A DNA stretch of 64,000 bases from Gammaproteobacteria bacterium (GTDB taxonomy: Bacteria > Pseudomonadota > Gammaproteobacteria > JBCCGL01), in contig OZ255836.1 in assembly GCA_965277715.1 (NCBI GenBank), positions 672,001 through 736,000 of the forward strand, given 5' to 3'. The notes beneath the pieces were generated by a model that saw only the letters and a program-made list of their open reading frames with translations, did not search any database and had not been told where the DNA came from. The first letter of the stretch is position 1; each line of letters begins with the position of its first letter. Of this stretch, positions 32,416-39,844 are shown in pieces. Position numbers and translations under genes: made by a program.

Positions 32416-32519
32416 TGCTAACAAGTGCCTGCATAGGACAAAGTACAGTTGTCACCTTTTGTGAAAAAACACTCACAAAAGTCGCCAACTGCACTTTGCC
32501 CATGAGGCAGGCGTTATGT
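32416..32519 (+). repeat. attC 3
   Basis: TGCTAAC..GTTATGT with long stem. Confidence 0.9.
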
Positions 32520-32566
32520 TTCAGGGAGATTGAGCTATCGGCATTGAGTCCCTAATTCCGTTTGGT

Positions 32567-33454
32567 TTGCATCAAGAGTCAGGTGAACTTGTAGACGTTT
32601 CAAGTGTTGCCCGGGGCCGTAAATGCGGATGTATCTGCCCCTCATGCGACACACCTTTGGTGGTTCGCCAGGGAGAACAGAAAGAGTGGCACTTCGCACA
32701 CTGGAGTCGAAATTCTTATTTTGAGACAAAGAGCGAGTGCGAATATTCCTTCCTCGTCTCAGTTCGTCTGATGATTCGTCAGCTCTCAATGACTGGGCTG
32801 CGGATTCGTACACCCAGCTTAATTGAAGAATTGAATGTCTATAGTGAGGTCTCTCATCAATATTTTTGCAATAGATTCGTTGTTACCGAAGAGTTAGTGA
32901 TTGAATTGAAATCACCTTGTGTTGGAGCTACGTTCTCAAATGTGGAGGTCGATGTGGTCGGGAGCGTGAAAACCGTTCCATTTGCCGTATATTGCTCTTA
33001 TCCCGGAAGGGATGTGCCAGAATCGTTGTGCCAACCTGATATAGAACTAAGTGGCGTCATCGAGATCAGTTTGGTCGGAATAGCGCAAAGATTTAGGCAT
33101 GTGGTATCTGGCCGATACGTCGACGCGCTACGGTCATACATTGAAGAGTCTTCTGAAGGGAAATTCTGGATATATCATCCCCGATACAAGCGTAAAAAAG
33201 AACAAACCGAGATAGAAAATGCGTCATGGCTATCGCAGCAAAAACCACGAAGTAGGGTAAAAAAAGACTTCCAGTCGGAAGAAACGATTGCACCAAAGAA
33301 AAACATGCAAGCATCGTCTATGCCAAATCGAAGAGCGAGGAGCTATAAGTGTATAATCTGTGGCAATCAGTGGCATGGTATATCCCGAAACTGCACTGCC
33401 TGCAAAACGCACCTGTATACGACTGAAAGCGGGATGGGTGGTGATGAAACATAA
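32567..33454 (+). CDS. Cassette 5: CoiA-like Zn-finger/nuclease-like protein
   Basis: RGRKCGCICPSC..LVVRQGE..WHFAH; C-terminal CxxC..CxxC; start uncertain. Confidence 0.65.
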   Translation: MHQESGELVDVSSVARGRKCGCICPSCDTPLVVRQGEQKEWHFAHWSRNSYFETKSECEYSFLVSVRLMIRQLSMTGLRIRTPSLIEELNVYSEVSHQYFCNRFVVTEELVIELKSPCVGATFSNVEVDVVGSVKTVPFAVYCSYPGRDVPESLCQPDIELSGVIEISLVGIAQRFRHVVSGRYVDALRSYIEESSEGKFWIYHPRYKRKKEQTEIENASWLSQQKPRSRVKKDFQSEETIAPKKNMQASSMPNRRARSYKCIICGNQWHGISRNCTACKTHLYTTESGMGGDET

Positions 33455-33520
33455 CAAGCACATTTTGTCGGACTGGTTTTCCGCTGCGCTCCAAACCAGC
33501 CTCAAATGTGGGCGTTAGCA
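33449..33520 (+). repeat. attC 4
   Basis: ACATAAC..GTTAGCA; R'' complementary to GTTATGT. Confidence 0.9.
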
Positions 33521-33525
33521 ATCTT

Positions 33526-34002
33526 ATGAATCGACGCAAGCTATTAGCAACATTAACTGGTTTAACTTTGATTGGTGGCCTTATTTTGGCGGCAACCCCG
33601 TTCGTGGGTTCTCTGAGTCCAAATAAAGTTGCAAAAAGTAACGCAAAAGTAAGGGTGAAAATTACTGACATCCCTGAAATTGGTGCTCTCGAAGTTGATT
33701 ACCGGTGGTACAAGGCTTTAGTCGTAAAAAAACCGGAAATGGCAGTCTTCCTAATGCCATATTACGACAACGCATACCGCTTGCCTGATCCAACATGGGA
33801 AAGGCCGTTTGTTCCGTGCCATAACTTCATTACCGATGAGAAAGGTTTTTCCTGCAAAGATCCAAGTTTGCATGAAAGCTGGAATGCGCAAGCAACATGG
33901 GATTTCACGGGCAAAACTAAAGGAACCTGGATGCCAAACCTGCGACAAGCTAAATTTATAATAGAAGGTAAGCATCTTGTTCTTAGCCCGGAGTACAACT
34001 AA
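33526..34002 (+). CDS. Cassette 6: Tat-anchored PetA/Rieske-like protein lacking 2Fe-2S motifs
   Basis: MNRRKLL..TPFVGSLSP..AK..V.V.I resembles the PetA N-terminus; no CTHLGC/CPCHGS. Confidence 0.6.
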   Translation: MNRRKLLATLTGLTLIGGLILAATPFVGSLSPNKVAKSNAKVRVKITDIPEIGALEVDYRWYKALVVKKPEMAVFLMPYYDNAYRLPDPTWERPFVPCHNFITDEKGFSCKDPSLHESWNAQATWDFTGKTKGTWMPNLRQAKFIIEGKHLVLSPEYN

Positions 34003-34003
34003 T

Positions 34004-34114
34004 TGCTAACAAAGCAGTCAAATTGACAGCTTTTCCGTCACTTGTTTATGTGGCGGTCGCTACGCTGCCACAACACAATCAACTACAAAGCTGCAATTTA
34101 CTGCGGCGTTAGAG
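34004..34114 (+). repeat. attC 5
   Basis: TGCTAAC..GTTAGAG; R'' complementary to GTTAGCA. Confidence 0.9.
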
Positions 34115-34133
34115 GGCAAAAATAGGAAATACT

Positions 34134-35231
34134 ATGCCAAAGTTTTATGAAGTTTATGGGCGTGATGTTTATGATCAGTCTGAAGTAGCAGTAGCAGAGA
34201 GAAAGGCTGCTTATTGTCCTTTTACTGAAAATGTTTGTGATGGTGGAGGTAATAGGCATCAAACAAAAATAAAACTAGCCGGATCTGAATTACGAGAATT
34301 CTTTAATGATGAACTATCATCAGTTATTCCTGGGATATGCTCTATTCAATATGGTGATGAGACTTGGGTGGTGTGCCCTAGAAGATTGTTTGGTTTCTTT
34401 TCAAGGAGGAATGAAGTTCCTAATATAAATGAATCGTTACATCCTCATGAGCGTGAGGCATTAATTGAGGCTGGAGTACCGAAGGGTGTAGAGTTGGGAG
34501 TATGGCCTGAGGTTTATTTGCAATATGGAGATGAAGACACATCCATAAATTATCATTTTGATTTCGTTATTGCCCCAATACAACGAAACAAACCATTCTC
34601 ATGGTTGTTAGAGTCATACAATATTGGTGATGACGAAGTTGAGGCTTTTAAAGCAGCAGCTAAAACAGGAAAGTATTTAGAAGGTAGATATTCTCCAGAT
34701 AAAGAGCTGGAAATTTTGCCTGATCTCAATTCTCCGATAGTGATCGAAGTGATGACTGCAAGCACTTCGGGTTCAGATAAAGAGGCGAGCACAGATATCG
34801 CTGCTTCATTTACCGATGCAATCAAAGGAAACGACCACAATTGTCCCGGCATTAATAAAAGACAGGTATGGGGTCGCATGGCAACACAACTTTTTGCTAA
34901 ATCTGCTTTGGCTGAAGAGTGGGGAGGAAAAACTATCTGGCTAGTTCAAGATCAACTATTAAAAAATATTGAATTAACGACAAAGTTGAATCTTGATATT
35001 CCAAGTCCAGATTCCTCGGGTACCATTAATTTTCTAAGCATGTCTTATGCGGATGGGCAAAAAGGTACTGAATCACTGCGGTTCCTTAAATACTCAGAGA
35101 AAAGTGCAGGTTTGGATTTTCAAGGCAATCAAATGGCAACTGATATTTTGTTGCCAAAGGTAAATCCAGATAAAAAAGTATTATTGAAAGCTGTCTTACG
35201 CAGAAAACTTTCGGCCATAATTTCTTTATAG
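34134..35231 (+). CDS. Cassette 7: NotI/EagI-family restriction endonuclease
   Basis: Cys4 cluster CPF..C..GICS..VCPRR; EV, FDFV, IEV.T.STSG, N.RQVW.R...QL..K..W. Confidence 0.72.
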   Translation: MPKFYEVYGRDVYDQSEVAVAERKAAYCPFTENVCDGGGNRHQTKIKLAGSELREFFNDELSSVIPGICSIQYGDETWVVCPRRLFGFFSRRNEVPNINESLHPHEREALIEAGVPKGVELGVWPEVYLQYGDEDTSINYHFDFVIAPIQRNKPFSWLLESYNIGDDEVEAFKAAAKTGKYLEGRYSPDKELEILPDLNSPIVIEVMTASTSGSDKEASTDIAASFTDAIKGNDHNCPGINKRQVWGRMATQLFAKSALAEEWGGKTIWLVQDQLLKNIELTTKLNLDIPSPDSSGTINFLSMSYADGQKGTESLRFLKYSEKSAGLDFQGNQMATDILLPKVNPDKKVLLKAVLRRKLSAIISL

Positions 35232-35235
35232 AAAA

Positions 35236-36360
35236 TCAGGCTGCATTTTTCTTTTTGTTGCCAAATAGAGCAAAGTAAATTGCTTTACCCATGGCCTCTG
35301 CAAGAGGCGGTGGTACAGCATTTGCCACTTGCCTGTGCCGGTCTAAATCTTTGACAGTTCCGCTTCTGGCCCGAATAGGGCCTGAAAGTATGTGCGTATC
35401 TGGAAACCCATGTAGCCTAAGATATTCTCTAGGCGTTAGGTAGCGATTTTCCTCCGGATGATAAAACGCTTCACCACCACGAAGTGTAAGAGCCGGAAGG
35501 TCCCACGCCAATCTTCGAAATTTTGTCGTGTCTTTTTCTGGGTTCAATCTTTGCCTTTGGTCGGCAGGTAAGTGTAATTGTCTAGCCAAGCACTCGCCTT
35601 CAGGAACACCGTTTATCCGCTCTCTATCTCGCGGAGGAGTAATATCTAAGTGGCTTGGTATGTTTTCGATACGGCCTTTAAGTACAGGAGACGGGAGGTC
35701 ACCAATAGCGTCTTTCACAGATATATATGGAGCTTTGTCAGTTGAAAAAATATCTTTCTGTTTACTTTTCTTTTTCGGATCAAAGTGAGTTGGGGAGGGA
35801 AATTCAAATTCTCCCCCTTTTACTACACCAACAATAAATACCCTGTCACGTAGCTGAGGCACCCCATAATCTGCTGCTCTCAGAAGTCGAAAAGAAACGT
35901 CGTAACCAATATCTTGAAGGTCGGAGATAACCACTTTTAATGCAGAGCCGCCTATACCATCAGCACCTTTTGCGCTAAGCAACCCTTTGACTTGCTCGAT
36001 CAATACGGCTTTAGGTTTTAAAACTTTTGCGAATTCAATCATTTTATGAAGAAGTAAACCACGGTCATCATCAAGCGATTTTCGATTGCCAATTAAAGAG
36101 AAAGATTGGCATGGTGGCCCACCTGCTAACAAATCTAATTCGCCAACTTTTAAGCCAAGCTGCTTCTTTAAAGAGTGAGGTGATATATCGTTGATATCGG
36201 TTGCTAAGATAGGGTTAACAGATCTTCTGCTACACCAGTTTCTCAATGATTCATGTGCATGCTTATCAATCTCTGAGCAAAAAAGAGGGGTAAAGCCTGC
36301 ATTGTGCAAGCCCTCATCTAGGCCGCCAATGCCGCTGAAGAGTGAAACTAATGTTTTCAT
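35236..36360 (-). CDS. Cassette 7: DNA (cytosine-5) methyltransferase
   Basis: LFSGIGG, GGPPCQSFS, EQV (ENV-like), YGVPQLRDR, R.LTPRE..RL.GFPD, ANAVPP. Confidence 0.93.
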   Translation of the reverse strand: MKTLVSLFSGIGGLDEGLHNAGFTPLFCSEIDKHAHESLRNWCSRRSVNPILATDINDISPHSLKKQLGLKVGELDLLAGGPPCQSFSLIGNRKSLDDDRGLLLHKMIEFAKVLKPKAVLIEQVKGLLSAKGADGIGGSALKVVISDLQDIGYDVSFRLLRAADYGVPQLRDRVFIVGVVKGGEFEFPSPTHFDPKKKSKQKDIFSTDKAPYISVKDAIGDLPSPVLKGRIENIPSHLDITPPRDRERINGVPEGECLARQLHLPADQRQRLNPEKDTTKFRRLAWDLPALTLRGGEAFYHPEENRYLTPREYLRLHGFPDTHILSGPIRARSGTVKDLDRHRQVANAVPPPLAEAMGKAIYFALFGNKKKNAA

Positions 36361-36388
36361 AGAAGACCAATTATGGAGATTTTCAAGG

Positions 36389-36417
36389 AGTATACTCAAG
36401 CTTAATTGATAACGCAA
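36389..36417 (-). promoter_or_regulatory. Putative sigma-70 promoter for MTase
   Basis: TTGCGT-N17-TATACT on minus strand. Confidence 0.55.
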
Positions 36418-36420
36418 GCG

Positions 36421-36621
36421 TTAGAACATATCTGTTTTTGGTCTTCCTGTTCGCTCCCTTGGCCTAGCAGCAAACTCTCTGACTTTGTCTGGTTCAAGCA
36501 GTTGATCACGGCCAATTTTGGTGGACTCCAGTCTACCCTCGATTATCAACTGCCTTACCCTTGAAGCCGAAACGCCTAATATTGAAGCTGCCTCGCTGGT
36601 TGAAATTAGTTTTTCCGTCAT
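36421..36621 (-). CDS. Cassette 7: HTH_17/excisionase-like DNA-binding protein (putative controller)
   Basis: LISTSEAASILGVSASRVRQLI.EGRL..K.G; C-terminal GRPK AT-hook-like. Confidence 0.8.
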   Translation of the reverse strand: MTEKLISTSEAASILGVSASRVRQLIIEGRLESTKIGRDQLLEPDKVREFAARPRERTGRPKTDMF

Positions 36622-36654
36622 TTCAAATTTTGCTCAAAATTGATTTTAACTTGT

Positions 36655-36683
36655 AGTATATTGATCTCTAACAAGCGGTTCAA
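36655..36683 (-). promoter_or_regulatory. Putative sigma-70 promoter with -35 inside attC 6
   Basis: TTGAAC-N17-TATACT; inverted repeat AATTTTG-ct-CAAAATT at 36626-36641 downstream. Confidence 0.55.
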
Positions 36684-36783
36684 CGCGGACAGCCAAAACT
36701 CCAGTTGTTTTGTGTATTTCGCTTCGCTCAATTATCACACAAAACAACTTCCGTTTCAGCTGCCGGTTAACCGAGCGTTAGGC
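36666..36783 (+). repeat. attC 6
   Basis: CTCTAAC..GTTAGGC; R'' complementary to GTTAGAG at 34108. Confidence 0.9.
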
Positions 36784-36789
36784 AATACA

Positions 36790-37485
36790 ATGAACTGTCC
36801 TCATTCAAAAATAGAAGCTGCACTTGATCGTTGGTCTGAATGTCATTGGCATATTCACCAAATCGAGAGCAACTATCATTCTCCGGGTCTATTTCGCTAC
36901 TCTTTGAACTCATTTATTCGTGCCATTAAAGAGATTCCTCAAATATTAAAAATGGAACTTCAAAACAGCCCGAAATACAGGAAGGTATGTAAGCCTATAA
37001 TCGATGCTCTAAAGTCGGATGAACTACTATCTTTGCTGTCAAAGAAACGTGATTTTATAGTTCATCAGGGCATGTTAAATGTTCTAAGCTCAGGGGTGGC
37101 TGGTACTACTGAAGATCGAGGAATAAAAATGGCTGTAGGCTTTAAAGTTGAGCTATACGAAACAACTGAAGAAGCATATAAAAAATTTAAATATTTGCTT
37201 CGTAAAAATCCCGTAGTAAGAGGTGCAGTTGGACCTGACTGCGATTCATGGCCAATGATTCGCCGAGAGTGGAAAGTTCCTGAGTTAGATAATGAGTTAT
37301 TGGAAGTCGCAATCACGGCCTGGAGATTGTGCGGTGAAGCTATTTCTAAGATAGTTGTAAAACTTGGTGGAGAACCCTTGGATTTATCTTTCCCTTGCAG
37401 GCACGACCCAGAGCGCGTAAAAACTATGGAATTTAGCCAGCAAGAGTTTTTTGATTCAGTAGGTGGCGTGAAAGAAAATGCCTAA
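36790..37485 (+). CDS. Cassette 8: hypothetical protein
   Basis: ORF fills cassette, stop in attC; contains RDFIVH (R-x4-H, HEPN-like). Confidence 0.7.
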   Translation: MNCPHSKIEAALDRWSECHWHIHQIESNYHSPGLFRYSLNSFIRAIKEIPQILKMELQNSPKYRKVCKPIIDALKSDELLSLLSKKRDFIVHQGMLNVLSSGVAGTTEDRGIKMAVGFKVELYETTEEAYKKFKYLLRKNPVVRGAVGPDCDSWPMIRREWKVPELDNELLEVAITAWRLCGEAISKIVVKLGGEPLDLSFPCRHDPERVKTMEFSQQEFFDSVGGVKENA

Positions 37486-37556
37486 CAAGGCCAGCCAGAG
37501 GGAACAAAAAATCGCCGCTTCGCTCTGGTTTTCGTCCCCTGCTGGCGGCGTTATGC
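37480..37556 (+). repeat. attC 7
   Basis: GCCTAAC..GTTATGC. Confidence 0.9.
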
Positions 37557-37600
37557 AAAATAAGTTGTGAATCGTACTAATAATTGAATTGGAGAAATGA

Positions 37601-38503
37601 ATGAAGAAAATTTATATGCTTTCAATGTTAGTGGCTGGGTTGCTAATTTCGACATTAGCCACTGCAGTTCCTAAATTTCCGATACAAGAGTCCATGGGCG
37701 GGAAGGCCTTTGGTCATAGCGTAAAAAATATTGGTAATGGGTTGTATGTATTTCGCTGGTGGGTTTATCGAAATATTTTTCTTGTCACTGATGAGGGAGT
37801 TATTGTTACCGACCCAATGAACCCCAAGGCGGCAAAATTATTACGAAACGAGATTCGTAAGGTAACAGACAAGCCGGTGAAATATGTTGTTTATAGCCAT
37901 AATCATCATGATCATATTTCAGGTGGGAATATTTTTGAGGCAGAGGGTGCAAAATTTGTGGGCCATGAGAACCTGCTAAAGGAATTGGGCGATCATCCGA
38001 GTCCAGTAATACCATTGCCAAGTATCACATTTTCAGACAAGCACACATTGACACTGGGTGGTAGAACTTTGGAATTATCCTACTTCGGGCCAAACCATGG
38101 TGAAAGCTTGGTTGTTATGCGGCTTCCGAAAGAGAAGATATTATTTACGGTAGATATTGTCACGCCGCGTAGAGTGGCCTTTCGTGGCATGCCCGATTTT
38201 TGGCCTGATGAGTGGGTAAGATCACTGAAAGAAATAGAGCAGATGGATTTTGACTATGTCATCTCGGGCCACGGGCCAGAAAATCAACCTGCAATAGATC
38301 CTGCCTCAATTGTTGCAGAGCAACGCATATATTTAGAAGATTTGATGGCAGCTGTAAAAAAAGCAATGGATTCAGGAACTCACAGCCCTGATGCATTAAG
38401 AAAAACCGTTAAGCTTCCTAAGTATGAAAACTGGCAATACTACAAAGAATGGCTCCCAATGAATATTGAGCGCATATGGGCTTATTATCATATGGGATGG
38501 TGA
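37601..38503 (+). CDS. Cassette 9: secreted MBL-fold metallohydrolase
   Basis: Signal peptide; SHNHHDHISG (HxHxDH), GPNH, D, SGHG. Confidence 0.88.
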   Translation: MKKIYMLSMLVAGLLISTLATAVPKFPIQESMGGKAFGHSVKNIGNGLYVFRWWVYRNIFLVTDEGVIVTDPMNPKAAKLLRNEIRKVTDKPVKYVVYSHNHHDHISGGNIFEAEGAKFVGHENLLKELGDHPSPVIPLPSITFSDKHTLTLGGRTLELSYFGPNHGESLVVMRLPKEKILFTVDIVTPRRVAFRGMPDFWPDEWVRSLKEIEQMDFDYVISGHGPENQPAIDPASIVAEQRIYLEDLMAAVKKAMDSGTHSPDALRKTVKLPKYENWQYYKEWLPMNIERIWAYYHMGW

Positions 38504-38512
38504 TAGCCAATC

Positions 38513-38561
38513 GCATAACAATGCATTGCACCGGACTTCGCCGGTGAATGCGGCGTTAGAA
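38513..38561 (+). repeat. attC 8 (49 bp)
   Basis: GCATAAC-AATGC-ATTGCACCGG-acttcg-CCGGTGAAT-GCGGC-GTTAGAA. Confidence 0.85.
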
Positions 38562-38576
38562 ACCTTGGAGAGTTAA

Positions 38577-38972
38577 GTGACAGACCGAAAACGTACCGTC
38601 GGTAGCGTAAAATCTGAACTGATCTCCAAGCCTTGGGAGACTGCGTTCGCTGCGATCAAGATTTTCAATGATCCATTAATATCTTTTAAGTGCGAAGCAT
38701 TTATTATCTTAATGGTCATTGCTTGGACCTATCTTCTACATGCATATTATCGGGCTAATGGAATTGAATACCGTTACTACCGGTAAGGCCCAAAACGCAA
38801 TATTTTTGATCGTACCAAGAAAAATGTGCACAAATATTGGGAGTTGGAACGCTGTCTTAATTGCAATAAATCTCCAATTGACCAAAGCACGGCAAACAAT
38901 CTCAGATTTTTAATCGGGCTTAGGCACAAGATTGAACATCAAATGACGAAATCGCTTGATTCATACTTGAGC
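38577..38972 (+). pseudogene. Cassette 10: DUF3644-like protein, in-frame TAA and 3' truncation
   Basis: AAIKIFNDP..FIILMVIAWTYLLHAY..R*GPK..WEL..C..NLRFLIGLRHKIEH; cut at repeat motif, no attC. Confidence 0.75.
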
Positions 38973-39001
38973 GTGTTTGAAAGTGTCTGTCCCTGACACT
39001 C
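38973..39001 (+). repeat. Breakpoint motif copy 4
   Basis: gtgtttgaaagtgtctgtccctgacactc at the apparent truncation point of cassette 10. Confidence 0.8.
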
Positions 39002-39221
39002 TTGGGAGAAATGCTACAAACAATAATTGATCGAAATGACATGAATATAGTGCCATGACGGTACAAAAAAATTTAATTTATTGTTTTTATTATATTCTTT
39101 AAGGATCAGTATCAAAGATGAGTTAGGGAAGTACCATTCGGTACTGAGTTCTTTAACGTACAGATAATTTGCCAGTCCAAACCCTCATAACTATAACTCA
39201 ACACCGCATCGCCACATCTGT

Positions 39222-39844
39222 GCTTCGGCACATTTTCCATGCCGTTAACTCGTTGGCATTATGAACGTGTAGCACCAAAGGATAAGAGGGGCAAATCTAT
39301 AAGCTTCCATAAAAATAATTAAATAATAGATTTGCCCCTTATTTCTACCCAATCAGCTCCAGGGAAACGGGCTATTTGAAACAGGGTGCAGTCTACCTTC
39401 AGCGTAACGTGAGAACCGGAATGGATCGAGTAGCTTCGTTGCACCGCCTGAAGCAATTTCTTCAGCAACCAGCTTACCGACACCAAGCATTTTGTAACCG
39501 TGGTTAGAGTCGGCGATTAAATACAGGTTGTCGCAAAATACATCGAATACGGGGAAGCTGTCTGGGGTGAATGCACCGATGCCACCAGATGGCTCGTTTT
39601 TGTACACATCCAGCGTGCCTTCAAAACGTTTTTGGCAATGCGCCAATGCCGATACCCACATATGGGCAAAGTCGGGGCCGACAATAAATTCTGGCGATTC
39701 AGGGCCATAGGGGTCGACAGCGACTTTGTCTGGATCAGTAGGCACTTTGAAAGGCGCTGCGCCACCTTGAATGCCACCGAAATGGAAGTCGGGTTTGTAG
39801 TAAATGCCCCACATTTCATCGGTAATAAGTGAACCATCTTCGGT
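39222..39844. repeat. Direct repeat copy B
   Basis: Aligns with 27711-28269. Confidence 0.93.
39287..39339. repeat. 14-bp perfect inverted repeat (REP-like)
   Basis: AGGGGCAAATCTAT-N25-ATAGATTTGCCCCT; decayed copy at 27781-27832. Confidence 0.75.

Noticed and set aside
36640-36789. N-terminal extension of cassette 8 ORF
   Set aside because: It crosses attC 6; ATG 36790 lies inside the cassette.
30086-38561. CRISPR array
   Set aside because: Repeats are non-identical attC palindromes separated by genes; no cas genes seen.
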